Assembly: GCA_964355075.1 (NCBI GenBank)
Contig: CAYHCF010000008.1
Coordinates: 4,795 to 68,794 of the forward strand
Length of the DNA: 64,000 nucleotides
From: an uncultured Chitinophaga sp.
GTDB taxonomy: Bacteria > Bacteroidota > Bacteroidia > UKL13-3
Reading direction: 5' to 3'
Shown here: positions 18,462 through 28,974 of the stretch, one piece after another
Numbering within the stretch: the first letter of the stretch is position 1
How the letters are laid out: every line of letters starts with the position of its first letter
The notes under the pieces: model-generated
What the model saw: the letters and a program-made list of their open reading frames with translations, nothing else
Told to the model about the DNA's origin: nothing
The model's database searches: none
Program-made: the position numbers and the translations under genes

Positions 18462-19242
18462 TTTTCAGGTAAATGGCAGAATTTTTCCCGCTTTCAGTAA
18501 CCTTTAGGTTACTCATAAACCTGTCCATCAGAATGGAGGCAGCTACAGCTGCATTTAAACTTTCGGCTAAACCCATTTTAGGAATGCCAACCGTTTGGGT
18601 AACCATTTTATATAAGTAATCACTGATACCGGAACCTTCATTTCCAATGATCAACAGACAATCTTTTGGAAACGAATATTGATGAACCGACACTCCATCC
18701 ATACTTGCCGCTAAAACAGGCAGATTAATCTGAGGGATCCATTTTGACAAATCACCATAAAACAGATGAACCCTGCTGATAGAACCCATTGTTGCCTGAA
18801 TCACTTTTGGATTATAACAATCCGCTGTATCTCCTGAACACAGAATATTTTTCACCCCATACCAATCTGCTACCCGGATGATAGTACCCAGGTTTCCCGG
18901 ATCCTGAATATTATCCAAAACAAGCGTTAATTGCTTCAATACAGTCAATTTTAGAACCGGTTCAGGTATTTTACAAAGAGCAAAAACCTCACGGGTACTT
19001 TGTAAATTACTGATCTGATCTAATTCTTTTTGTGAAACCAGGCTTATTTTGATATTTTTACCCAAAAGTTTACCATTTGTTTTGAACCAATTTTCTGTAG
19101 CTAAAACTCTTTCAACTTTTATTTTTGATTGTAGAAGTTCAAAAACCAATTTGTTTCCTTCGGCAACAAATAGCTTATTTGCATATCGTGAACTTTTATC
19201 CTTTAATGATTTGAGAAAATAAATGTCGGCTTTGGTTAACAT
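18457..19242 (-). CDS. TrmH/SpoU family RNA 2'-O-methyltransferase
   Basis: FVAEG, LDNIQDPGNLGTIIR, IGNEGSGIS and ESLNAAVA motifs. Confidence 0.93.
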   Translation of the reverse strand: MLTKADIYFLKSLKDKSSRYANKLFVAEGNKLVFELLQSKIKVERVLATENWFKTNGKLLGKNIKISLVSQKELDQISNLQSTREVFALCKIPEPVLKLTVLKQLTLVLDNIQDPGNLGTIIRVADWYGVKNILCSGDTADCYNPKVIQATMGSISRVHLFYGDLSKWIPQINLPVLAASMDGVSVHQYSFPKDCLLIIGNEGSGISDYLYKMVTQTVGIPKMGLAESLNAAVAASILMDRFMSNLKVTESGKNSAIYLKR

Positions 19243-21553
19243 ACGGATAATTTTTATAGTTGTTTTATTTACAACTATTTTTCAGTCTTGCAATTTATCA
19301 AAAGAAGCCCAAAAAGATGGCATGTTTTTGTATAAAAATAAAATTACGATAAAAGAAACGAATAAGGCGCGTTTTTTCTCAGGTGGTTTAGACGCTTACA
19401 TCAAACAAAGACCCAATAAACGATTTATCGAAACCTTCAGGTTCGGACTCCTTTTTTATAAGATGAGTTCAAATAAAAACAATAACCGCTACAACCGGTT
19501 TTTGCGCTATCGTTTGGGAGAAGCTCCTGTAATCTTAGACAGCGGCTTAATTGAATCCAGTATCAGAGGCATGAAAAGTTACCTGAAAACGAACGGTTAT
19601 TATTACCCTTCCATTTATTATAAAGTGAGTGGGAAACTGCATAAAGGAACAGTAAACTATATGGTAGAACTCAATAATCCTTACCATATTGGCCGGATTG
19701 ATTACCACATTGCAGATAAAAAAATTGATTCCTTAATCAGTTCACAAGGTGATGAAAGTTTTTTGCGACTAGGTAATCCAATCCGCCTTGAAAACATTTT
19801 GAAAGAACAAATCAGGATCAATAATATCATGCGCGACAATGGTTATTATATGTTTAATAAGGATTATGTAAATTTTGACATGGATACAACTTTGGGGAAT
19901 TTCTATACCTCAATATCTGTCAATATTAGTAATGATGCCAATTTTGAGACTTTCCACACGTATCAGATAGAGGAAATATCGGTTGAAATTGAGAATAGAC
20001 CAAGTGACCCAAACTATCATGCAAACGACAGCAGTATATCCTATCTGTTTAAGAGCTTCCGGTATAAACCAAATTCATATCAGCTAAATCCAGAGGTTAT
20101 TGAAAGATCCTTATTTGTTTATCCAAAATCGATGTTTCATCAAAACAAGTCAAATAATACCTTTGACCGGCTTAATCAATTACAAATATTCAGGCTTGTT
20201 AATATTAATGCAATACCTATAAATAATAATACGGATAGTGCCGCGCTGATCTATACCATCAAACTTACTCCGGCAAAGAAATATGATTATACCATCGAAC
20301 CACAGGCCATCACTACCGATCAGGCAAATATTGTTACCAGTTCACCATTAAGAAATTATGGTCTTGCCACACAAATTACCTTTAGCATTAAAAACCTTTT
20401 TCACAAGGCTGAATTATTTCAACTGAGGTATCGGTTTTCTATTGAGGCTCAGCGGGGAGCTTCCATTCCCACCCGACCCTTTTTTAACAGTTTTGAAAAC
20501 AGTCTGAATGCAAGCCTGAGCCTACCCAAATTGGTCTTTTTTAAGCGCCTCGACCGGAGATTTTCAAATACTAGTAACCAGAGTATTATTTCCGCCTCCT
20601 CCATTTATGAAAAAAATGTAGATTGGATCAGAAATGTTTATACCGTTGGTTTCAGTTATCAATTCAACAAAAAAAATATCAGGTACTTTCTTACACCCTC
20701 AGAAATTAGTTTTATTAAAACAAGTTTTAACAATAAGACGCTGGAGTTACAAAGCAAGAACGACCAATACCTTCAAAGCGTTTTTAATAATAACCTGATT
20801 ACCGACTTGAAATTTGGCTTTTTATATTCCAACCAAACAACTGTTAAATCAAAAGATTATTTTTACGTTAAATGGGATGTAATTGAAGTTGCCGGAAATG
20901 TATTTGATGGCGCCTACAGACTATTAAATATTCCGAAAAACGATAGCGGATACCGGACTTTTCTGGGCGTTCAGTACTTCCAATATGTTAAAACATATTT
21001 TGATATCCGGTTCAACAAATACTTAGATGAGAACGATCGTATTGCAACACGCTTTGCGTTTGGTTGTGCCGTACCTTATGGTAATTCGCCGGATTATATT
21101 CCATTCGATAAACGATTTTTTACAGGAGGAGCGAATAGTATTCGTGCCTTCCTACCGCGCTCCATCGGACCGGGTTCTTATAATCAGGCGGGGCAATTAG
21201 ACCGTAGTGGCGATTTGAAACTGGAGGCGAATGTTGAATTACGGTTTAATATTTTGAATCACTTTATTGAAGGTGCGCTTTTTGTGGATGCCGGAAATGT
21301 ATGGCGAATTAAGAATGATGGAAGAGCAGAGGCTACTTTTTATTTTAACGAATTTTACAAACAAATTGCAGTTGGAACCGGTTTTGGAATCCGGTTAAAT
21401 CTAGACTTTTTAATCTTCAGGGTGGATGCCTCCTTCCCGATGGTTGATCCAAGAAAAACTTCTGGCAATCGTTATGTATTGAATACGTACAAAGACATGA
21501 GCAAATTATGGGGAAGCACCATTTTTAATTTTGGTGTCGGGTATCCTTTTTAA
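19223..21553 (+). CDS. BamA/TamA family outer-membrane lipoprotein (TamL-like)
   Basis: Lipobox FQSC, GEAPVI, POTRA-like region, FFTGGANSIRAF, FVDAGNVW, terminal FNFGVGYPF. Confidence 0.9.
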   Translation: MSALVNIRIIFIVVLFTTIFQSCNLSKEAQKDGMFLYKNKITIKETNKARFFSGGLDAYIKQRPNKRFIETFRFGLLFYKMSSNKNNNRYNRFLRYRLGEAPVILDSGLIESSIRGMKSYLKTNGYYYPSIYYKVSGKLHKGTVNYMVELNNPYHIGRIDYHIADKKIDSLISSQGDESFLRLGNPIRLENILKEQIRINNIMRDNGYYMFNKDYVNFDMDTTLGNFYTSISVNISNDANFETFHTYQIEEISVEIENRPSDPNYHANDSSISYLFKSFRYKPNSYQLNPEVIERSLFVYPKSMFHQNKSNNTFDRLNQLQIFRLVNINAIPINNNTDSAALIYTIKLTPAKKYDYTIEPQAITTDQANIVTSSPLRNYGLATQITFSIKNLFHKAELFQLRYRFSIEAQRGASIPTRPFFNSFENSLNASLSLPKLVFFKRLDRRFSNTSNQSIISASSIYEKNVDWIRNVYTVGFSYQFNKKNIRYFLTPSEISFIKTSFNNKTLELQSKNDQYLQSVFNNNLITDLKFGFLYSNQTTVKSKDYFYVKWDVIEVAGNVFDGAYRLLNIPKNDSGYRTFLGVQYFQYVKTYFDIRFNKYLDENDRIATRFAFGCAVPYGNSPDYIPFDKRFFTGGANSIRAFLPRSIGPGSYNQAGQLDRSGDLKLEANVELRFNILNHFIEGALFVDAGNVWRIKNDGRAEATFYFNEFYKQIAVGTGFGIRLNLDFLIFRVDASFPMVDPRKTSGNRYVLNTYKDMSKLWGSTIFNFGVGYPF

Positions 21554-21562
21554 AATAATAAC

Positions 21563-21717
21563 TAATTAGTGTCTGTCCATTTAGTCAAGAGTCTGAGCTA
21601 GAATGTTCACTGGTTAGGCATTCGAAGTCCCTAAAAAGCGCAGTGTGCTGGTGTACATGAGCATTTTTAGGGACGAGAATAACGCAGCCAGAGGACATTA
21701 TAGACAGACTCTAATTA
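21563..21717. mobile_element. MITE-like palindromic element
   Basis: Terminal inverted repeats TAATTAGTGTCTGTC / GACAGACTCTAATTA (14/15), long internal stem GTCCCTAAAAA / TTTTTAGGGAC, central GCGCAGTGTGC..GTACATGAGC; no coding capacity. Confidence 0.75.
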
Positions 21718-24700
21718 ATCCCTTATCAGTGTAATGGTTCCATGCACCGATTTAATGACATTATTATTTACCATCCGGTATTTGAATACAAAGAAATAGA
21801 CTCCTTCAGGACATTCCTGACCCTCATTATTATTTTTGCCATTCCAGTTTGTTCCATCGTTTCCAATTCCGTCTTTGTTGCCTTTATATACTACATCTCC
21901 CCAACGATTATAGATATCCAATAAATAATAATTGTAACCAATGATATCAATATCATAAGCATCATTTACATTGTCTCCGTTGGGTGTAAACACATTTGGA
22001 ATAATTAACCTGATATCATCAGGCCTGGTTTTTTTACACATGGAATCATAACAATCCTGTGCATTAAATGACTTTAAACAAACAAGAAAAGTGTCGTTGT
22101 CTCCGGCATAACTATGTGTTGGGTTAGTTGCTGTAGAAAAGTTTTTTGAACCCGAACGGGGATGACCAAAATCCCACTCATACCTTACTGCATTTTTAGA
22201 AAGATTAATGAATTTTATGAATGGGGTTTCCGAATCATCCATACCAAAATCAGCCATAATATCAGAAACAGTTATATCCTTTATGGCCGTATCAACACAT
22301 ATGGCATTGGTAGTTTGCGGGTATAACTTTGCTCTAAACGTGCCGATAGAATTATAGGTATGTGTGATAATGGTATCCGGCCAGAGTTTCTGTTCCTTTA
22401 CCGAGGAGTCTCCGAAAATCCAGTTATAACCCGGAATAAGTACCGGACTTCTGGCAATCAATTGAAAAGGCTGGTGAATACAAACGGTATCGGGACCCAC
22501 CATATAAATCGGCATGGGATCAATAACCCGCACTTGTCTTTTTGGGGCATTCACATTTATTGAATCAGGAAATACTGCCCAACAGCTTTTTATTTGTCCG
22601 GTAAGCGGATTAAATAAGGTATCCTCCCCCACCAGGTAAATTTTATAAATGCCCCCTTTGGTATAGGTAAAGCTGACATTGGTATCTAACTGGGTGGATG
22701 CAATAGTGTTATTCTGATCTCTGAAAAACCAGACCCAGTTCACTAAAGGATAACCGGTTGTGTTTTTTAATAATACTTTAAACGGAGCACATCCAAAGGT
22801 ATCACTGATGATGTTAAAAGAGGGTCTTGGCCCATCAATAAAAATAGGAATACTGGCAGAATCTTTGCATCCTTTCGATGTTTGTACAAATAATTTCGCG
22901 GAAAAAGACCCGTTAGAAGTATAGTCATGAAAAGGATTTTGTAATAAACTGGGCGTTTTATTATCGCCAAAAGTCCAGTACCACGAAATTAATGTATCGT
23001 AAGGAGCCTGTGCATATAGCAGAGAGGAATCAATATAAACTGATTTGTCTTTAAAGTTAAGAATCTGTGGAGCGCACAAATACCGGGGTTGCATAGGCAT
23101 GATGGCTGCCTTTAAATCTACCACATTTACCGGGCGGGGAAATATCATTGTATCCCGGCAACCTAAGCTGTCAACGGCAACCATCTTTATTTTGTAATTA
23201 CCGGGTCTTGTATATCTGTATGAAGGTAGGGGTCCCGATTTACTATACCCGTTCCCATCTCCGATATCCCAATATAATTGTTCCTTCCCTGCCTTACTTC
23301 TGAGCGTATCACGCCAATACGGAACCAGTGAATTATAATAAAAAACATCATCCACGAGCGTAATGCTATCGCTTAAACACAATACCTCCTTGCTTGGCCA
23401 GAAGTTCTTCACGAAACCAAAATACATGGCAGTTTGAAAGGATCGTTTGCAACCCCGGGTATTGGTTAAATCTACCGTAAACCGTTTTATTCCGGGCTTG
23501 GTAAAGGTATAATACTGACTGGGAATAATGGAATCTGTTGGTCCGAAATTAATGGTAATAATGGATTGGCTATTGATATTTATGATGGCCTTGGTTAAAC
23601 TATCCTGAATGGAATCAACCATACTTAATTTTATAGACCAGGGACCACATCCGGCATTGGTTCTAATAGTAGTAAAAATCGGATTAAGCGGAAGCATCTT
23701 AAAGTAATGATGATACCAGGCTGTATCATAACAAGGATTTCCATATTTGTCCCGCCCATTTTTTAGGATCAGTCCAACAGTAATATAACCCGATGGATCA
23801 CAGGTAGCAGAATATGTCCACCAAAAAGTCATAGCCATGGTATCAATCGGTAACCAAGTTGCATTAGTACAGGCTGAATCCGGCATTACCCATGCCATTT
23901 CATGTCCGCAAGCCGGCAATGTTTCCCATAAAAAAAAGAGCAGGGGATCAAACAAACAGGGAATACCCGCGTAGTACAAGCCTCTTCTTATCGGAACACT
24001 GGAACTATCCCAACCGGCATCTGGTTGCGTTAATTTCAACACAGTTTCGCTGGTATCCGAGCAACCATTTACCGGGTCATACAATATCAGTCTGGGGTAA
24101 TAACATTGTTCCTTACCCGGTGTATAAGCGTGTTTAACAAAAGTACTATCCTTGCTATAGTTACAATTAAGACCTACATTAATACCCAATTTAGTATCGG
24201 TGGTACAACCGGGCGCAAAGGGATCTGCAAAATTCCATAAGCGGTATAACTTTGAATTCTGATAAAAACAAGAACGATCTCCGGGTGGACCTCTGAAAAA
24301 AACAGTATCACTTATTTCGCATTGTATGCTGTTAATGATAGGATCATGATTTGTTTCAATCCTTGCTTTGGGTCCTAATATTTTAATGGTTGTATCTGTT
24401 CGGGTAAAGCAATTTCCCAGCTTAACGTACATGCGAATCTGGTATTGGCCACAATCATCGAAAATAATGGAATCATAGGTGTAATTTACCAGGGTATCTA
24501 TTCTGATGGGATTACCTACCTTGTATATTGCCCATGAAACAATTGCAGGTGCACCATTTAATGATCTGATACCAATTCCGTTATGGTATGAACACATGGA
24601 TGTTCTACTCAAATAGATGGTACTGTCAATTTTTGAATTTGCACCTGCCGATGGTAATACGAAAGTATCACGGCATCCATTCTTATCTTCTACCGTTAAT

Positions 24701-25491
24701 TTTGCATTAAACACCCCGGTTTGTGTATAAATATGCGTGAAAGTGTTCCATGGGCTGGTGGCGGTATTGCCATCTCCAAAGTCCCATTTATAAGAGTTAA
24801 TAACCGATAAAGGTATTTTTGAAGTATTGGTATATAAAACGGGAGTTTGGTTACACTGAACCGTATAGGTGGTTTTGAAACTAAGCTCCTGCATTTTTGA
24901 CCAGATGGTAATTGCATTTTGTTTTTCTTTCCTGTCCATGCAATTATTGGTATCCGAAACTTCCAATACCAGTGTAAAAACTCCACCTAAAGGATCAGCA
25001 TAAGAATAACACATGGAAGGACCACTGGCTGGCGGACTGTTGTTGAAACCTCCATCGCCATATAAGGCCAGACGTGTTAATATAGGCGCATTGTCTAAGC
25101 CCGGTGTAGATAGATCGTTTATACATACGCTGTTGCCACGGAAGCACTGAGTAGTTAAGGTAGTAATGTTGAAATTTGCTTTGGGTTTGTCAAATACTTG
25201 TATGGGCGGTCCATTTACCGTGCAGGAAGTGGAATTTGTAAAATTGACCGTAACACTGGGTGTAAAAATACCCCGCACAGGATATTGATAAACCGGAGTG
25301 GATTGCGTGCTTGTAGCTGCATTTCCAAAATTCCAACTGTAAGAGCTTGCTATAAAACCCGCATCAAATTTAACATTAAACAATAGGGTATTTCCAAGAC
25401 AAACTTTAGTAGTAGCAACCTGTAGTGAACAATTTTGCCCAAACGAAATAAAATTAATAAGTAGTAATAAAAATAAAAATGATTTTCGCAT
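21715..25491 (-). CDS. Large multi-PKD surface protein with T9SS type B (gliding motility-associated/CHU_C) CTD
   Basis: Repeated W.FGD/H.Y..G.F PKD motifs with GC.DT Cys pairs; C-terminal IPNVFTPNGDNVND...IYNRWG...GVYFF...GTITLIR. Confidence 0.92.
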   Translation of the reverse strand: MRKSFLFLLLLINFISFGQNCSLQVATTKVCLGNTLLFNVKFDAGFIASSYSWNFGNAATSTQSTPVYQYPVRGIFTPSVTVNFTNSTSCTVNGPPIQVFDKPKANFNITTLTTQCFRGNSVCINDLSTPGLDNAPILTRLALYGDGGFNNSPPASGPSMCYSYADPLGGVFTLVLEVSDTNNCMDRKEKQNAITIWSKMQELSFKTTYTVQCNQTPVLYTNTSKIPLSVINSYKWDFGDGNTATSPWNTFTHIYTQTGVFNAKLTVEDKNGCRDTFVLPSAGANSKIDSTIYLSRTSMCSYHNGIGIRSLNGAPAIVSWAIYKVGNPIRIDTLVNYTYDSIIFDDCGQYQIRMYVKLGNCFTRTDTTIKILGPKARIETNHDPIINSIQCEISDTVFFRGPPGDRSCFYQNSKLYRLWNFADPFAPGCTTDTKLGINVGLNCNYSKDSTFVKHAYTPGKEQCYYPRLILYDPVNGCSDTSETVLKLTQPDAGWDSSSVPIRRGLYYAGIPCLFDPLLFFLWETLPACGHEMAWVMPDSACTNATWLPIDTMAMTFWWTYSATCDPSGYITVGLILKNGRDKYGNPCYDTAWYHHYFKMLPLNPIFTTIRTNAGCGPWSIKLSMVDSIQDSLTKAIININSQSIITINFGPTDSIIPSQYYTFTKPGIKRFTVDLTNTRGCKRSFQTAMYFGFVKNFWPSKEVLCLSDSITLVDDVFYYNSLVPYWRDTLRSKAGKEQLYWDIGDGNGYSKSGPLPSYRYTRPGNYKIKMVAVDSLGCRDTMIFPRPVNVVDLKAAIMPMQPRYLCAPQILNFKDKSVYIDSSLLYAQAPYDTLISWYWTFGDNKTPSLLQNPFHDYTSNGSFSAKLFVQTSKGCKDSASIPIFIDGPRPSFNIISDTFGCAPFKVLLKNTTGYPLVNWVWFFRDQNNTIASTQLDTNVSFTYTKGGIYKIYLVGEDTLFNPLTGQIKSCWAVFPDSINVNAPKRQVRVIDPMPIYMVGPDTVCIHQPFQLIARSPVLIPGYNWIFGDSSVKEQKLWPDTIITHTYNSIGTFRAKLYPQTTNAICVDTAIKDITVSDIMADFGMDDSETPFIKFINLSKNAVRYEWDFGHPRSGSKNFSTATNPTHSYAGDNDTFLVCLKSFNAQDCYDSMCKKTRPDDIRLIIPNVFTPNGDNVNDAYDIDIIGYNYYLLDIYNRWGDVVYKGNKDGIGNDGTNWNGKNNNEGQECPEGVYFFVFKYRMVNNNVIKSVHGTITLIRD

Positions 25492-25692
25492 GAGAACACA
25501 GTTTTCAAAGGGGAAGATAACTTTTTAATATTTAAAGTTGCTTAAAAAACTCTTAAAAATTACATTTTACATAAAAAAGATACTCATTTGATCAGGCAAT
25601 CATTCAAAATACTAATTCCTGAACCTATAAACCCGGCTGATAGAAAACAGTAATTACCTCCTTTCAAAATTTATCAATCACGCAGAATCCTG

Positions 25693-25700
25693 TATATTTG
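25693..25700 (+). promoter_or_regulatory. Bacteroidota -7 promoter box TATATTTG
   Basis: Lies 8 nt upstream of the mtaB ATG. Confidence 0.55.
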
Positions 25701-25708
25701 CGGCCAAC

Positions 25709-27013
25709 ATGCAAAAATCAGTAGCATTTTATACCTTAGGCTGTAAACTCAATTTTTCAGAAACCTCCACGATTGGCAGGAGTCTGATAAATAATGGTTA
25801 CAAGAAAGTTGCCTTTCATGAATCAGCTGATGTGTATGTGATTAATACCTGCTCGGTAACAGACCATGCCGACAAAAAATGTAAAAAAATTGTTAAAGAA
25901 GCTTTACGTCTGAACCCAAATGCCTTTGTGGCTGTTTTGGGATGTTATGCCCAATTAAAGCCTCAGAAAATTGCAAGCATTGAAGGAGTAGATCTTGTTT
26001 TAGGAACTGCCGAAAAATTTAATATTTCAGACTATATTGGGAATGGACAGAAAAAAGAAAAGGCAGAAATAAAAGAAGGGAAGATTAAAGAGGTTTTGGA
26101 TTACCATTCCTCCTATTCTATCGGAGATCGGACGCGCACTTTCTTAAAAGTTCAGGATGGTTGTGATTACTTTTGTTCCTTTTGCACCATCCCGCTTGCC
26201 CGTGGAAAAAGCCGGTCAGATACCCTTGCAAATGTTGTTAAACAAGCTGAAGAAATTGTTGCACAGGGAATCCGGGAAATCGTTCTTACCGGTGTAAATA
26301 CCGGCGATTTTGGACAGGGAACGGATGAATCCTTTTATCAATTGTTACAGGAACTCGAAAACGTAAAAGGGCTTGAACGGCTCAGGATTAGTAGCATTGA
26401 ACCAAACCTGTTAACAGATGAGATCATAGAACGGGTTGCGATATCAAAAGTTATTGTACCTCATTTTCATATTCCATTGCAATCCGGTTCAGACTTACTT
26501 TTAAAAAGTATGCGAAGGAAATATGACAAGGAATTATTCACTTCACGCGTTGAAAAAATAAAAAATCTCCTGCCGGATTGCTGTATAGGCGTAGATGTAA
26601 TTGTTGGTTTTCCGGGAGAAACACAAGAGCTGTTTTTGGAAACCTATCGTTATCTGAACCAGTTACCCGTTTCCTACCTGCATGTTTTTACCTACAGTGA
26701 GCGGGAAAATACCACCGCCGTTAAAATGCCGGGAAGAGTGAAGTTAAATACCCGGGCGGAAAGAAGTAAAATGCTTCATATTTTATCCGATAAGAAAAGA
26801 AAATTCTTTTATGAATCGCATTTAGGAAAAATCTTTCCTGTGCTTTGGGAGGCCGATAATGAAGAAGATACCCTTTATGGTTTTACCAGCAATTATATTA
26901 AAGTAAAAACCTCGTATGATCCTGCCCTGGTAAATGAAATTGTTCAGGTAAAATTAATAGATATAGATAAAGACATGCTGGTAAAAACACAAATCGAATC
27001 TCTGGTTTTTTAA
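25709..27013 (+). CDS. mtaB: tRNA t6A37 methylthiotransferase
   Basis: TLGCKLNFSET, INTCSVT, KVQDGCDYFCSFCTIP..RG, RISSIEP and HFHIPLQSGS motifs. Confidence 0.95.
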   Translation: MQKSVAFYTLGCKLNFSETSTIGRSLINNGYKKVAFHESADVYVINTCSVTDHADKKCKKIVKEALRLNPNAFVAVLGCYAQLKPQKIASIEGVDLVLGTAEKFNISDYIGNGQKKEKAEIKEGKIKEVLDYHSSYSIGDRTRTFLKVQDGCDYFCSFCTIPLARGKSRSDTLANVVKQAEEIVAQGIREIVLTGVNTGDFGQGTDESFYQLLQELENVKGLERLRISSIEPNLLTDEIIERVAISKVIVPHFHIPLQSGSDLLLKSMRRKYDKELFTSRVEKIKNLLPDCCIGVDVIVGFPGETQELFLETYRYLNQLPVSYLHVFTYSERENTTAVKMPGRVKLNTRAERSKMLHILSDKKRKFFYESHLGKIFPVLWEADNEEDTLYGFTSNYIKVKTSYDPALVNEIVQVKLIDIDKDMLVKTQIESLVF

Positions 27014-27015
27014 AC

Positions 27016-27453
27016 CTAAAATGTCTTCTTTCCAGTATTTACCATATTGGAACTTGCCTTTACCAATAATTTATTTCGTTTGTAAATGGCAGCTTCCACA
27101 TTCATAATTCCAATACCTTTCCTCACCACTTTTGACTCCACTATTATTTCATCCCCCTTCAATGCGAAGGATAAATAATCTATATTTAAATTTACCGTTG
27201 TATAAAAATTTTCGTTGCCTAAACTGTAAACCGTAATCCCAATCACTTCATCGATCAGCAGGGCAGCCATACCTCCATGAAAGGTACCCGAAGGATTTAA
27301 CCAGGACTCATCCACGATAAAGGAGAATTTTAAATGCCCTTCTTCAACCATTATCAAAGAACCGTTTATCCATTTCCCAACGGGGGATAATGCCTGCTCC
27401 TTCCCCATCAGGCCCACACAACTTCTCAAATATTTTAAATGCTTATTTTCCAT
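27016..27453 (-). CDS. PaaI family thioesterase (hotdog fold)
   Basis: NPSGTFHGG...LIDE motif, TVNLNIDYL. Confidence 0.9.
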   Translation of the reverse strand: MENKHLKYLRSCVGLMGKEQALSPVGKWINGSLIMVEEGHLKFSFIVDESWLNPSGTFHGGMAALLIDEVIGITVYSLGNENFYTTVNLNIDYLSFALKGDEIIVESKVVRKGIGIMNVEAAIYKRNKLLVKASSNMVNTGKKTF

Positions 27454-27455
27454 TA

Positions 27456-28841
27456 TCAGACCGCTATTTTCATCTGGATAAATACCTTATACCCTTTGCT
27501 CTTTTCACCGCTTACCACCGATGCCAAAACCGATTCCATCAAACTATTCAATTTTAGCATTTGCGCATGCTCTTTTACCAAATCAAAATCAATCTGCTCC
27601 TTGATGGATAGAAAAATATAACCCAGAAAAGAACCCGGTTCGTAAATAATAACACATTGCTCTTTAGAATTTCTGCCTTTCCCAACGATGTAGTAAGCTT
27701 TTTTATCGGATACCAGCTGATCGAAAAAAAACTGAGCTCTTTTATTGTAAGCCTCCACATTTTCCTTTACCAGGCAATAGCCATCACAAATATTCGATTC
27801 TACCTGAACACAATCGTTGTTGTTGGTTTGCGTATTGCATAATTTAGGACAGAGATTATACGTCTCAACCAGGCTATTTAAATATTGCAAAGCCGACGAA
27901 TGACTGCTAAAAGTTAATAAGGGTTTTTGGTTTCTTACCTTATCAATTCCAAACCTTATTTTTCCGTTTTGATCCAAATAATCAAATAGGCCAAAAACCT
28001 GATGCGCTCTTTTTTGCGAGCGGTTTTCCTCAGGCCATAACCTCCGTATTTCGTGGCTTTCGAGCAAAATTGCCAACAATTCATTTCCGGTTGGGGTATG
28101 GCTGAACCCATGTATATTCCGGATGAAATTTTGCTTTTGCTTAGTCAATAAATTTCCGCTGAAATGCGAAGTAACCCGCGACAAAATATTTTTCGCTTTC
28201 CCAACATATACCGCAACGCCCTTTTCATTTACAAAATAGTAAACACCCGGAGCTTTTGGTAATTTCAGGTAGTCACTTCTGCTCACATTGGGTGGCAATT
28301 GCTGTTCTTTTGAACCCCTCTTTAAGGATTCGGCAATATGATTTTCTCCATCATTTTTAAGCAGGAATTCAAATAATTTTACGGTGGCCAAAGCGTCACC
28401 TCCTGCACGGTGTCGGTTTTCAAGGGGAATCTTTAAAGCCGAACAAATATTTCCCAGGCTATACGAACGATGCCCCGGAACGATTTTCCGACTCAATCTT
28501 ACAGTACATAACTTTTTTACCTGTAAATCCATTCCCAACTCCTGAAACTGATGTTTGATAAAGCTATGATCAAAATTCACACTATGGGCTACAAATATTT
28601 GCCCGGATAATAGATTGAATAATTTTTCAGCAATTTCGGCAAAAACAGGAGCATGCTCAACCATTTCATTTGTTATACCCGTATAGGCCTGAATATAGGC
28701 CGGAATGGGAATTTCAGGATTTATGAGCGTTTCAAAGTGCTCAATAATACGTTCGCCATCATGCACATAAACTGATATCTCAGTTATGCAGTTCTGGCTG
28801 GGTTGTCCGCCGGTAGTTTCTATATCAACGATTGCATACAA
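27456..28841 (-). CDS. DEDDh exonuclease (DnaQ-like) fused to a GIY-YIG (UvrC/Cho-like) domain
   Basis: IVDIETTG, VAHSVNFD, HRAGGDA; PGVYYF...YVGKAKNI..RV.SHF. Confidence 0.9.
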   Translation of the reverse strand: MYAIVDIETTGGQPSQNCITEISVYVHDGERIIEHFETLINPEIPIPAYIQAYTGITNEMVEHAPVFAEIAEKLFNLLSGQIFVAHSVNFDHSFIKHQFQELGMDLQVKKLCTVRLSRKIVPGHRSYSLGNICSALKIPLENRHRAGGDALATVKLFEFLLKNDGENHIAESLKRGSKEQQLPPNVSRSDYLKLPKAPGVYYFVNEKGVAVYVGKAKNILSRVTSHFSGNLLTKQKQNFIRNIHGFSHTPTGNELLAILLESHEIRRLWPEENRSQKRAHQVFGLFDYLDQNGKIRFGIDKVRNQKPLLTFSSHSSALQYLNSLVETYNLCPKLCNTQTNNNDCVQVESNICDGYCLVKENVEAYNKRAQFFFDQLVSDKKAYYIVGKGRNSKEQCVIIYEPGSFLGYIFLSIKEQIDFDLVKEHAQMLKLNSLMESVLASVVSGEKSKGYKVFIQMKIAV

Positions 28842-28974
28842 TCATGCAAACATAAAAACTCAAATGAATTCCATTCATTAAAATTATTAACCATTCGAAA
28901 AATTGCCAACAGTATTATACAATTAGCTGATTATAAGAATTTTTTATTTTATTATTGCAATAAATTTTTTAATT

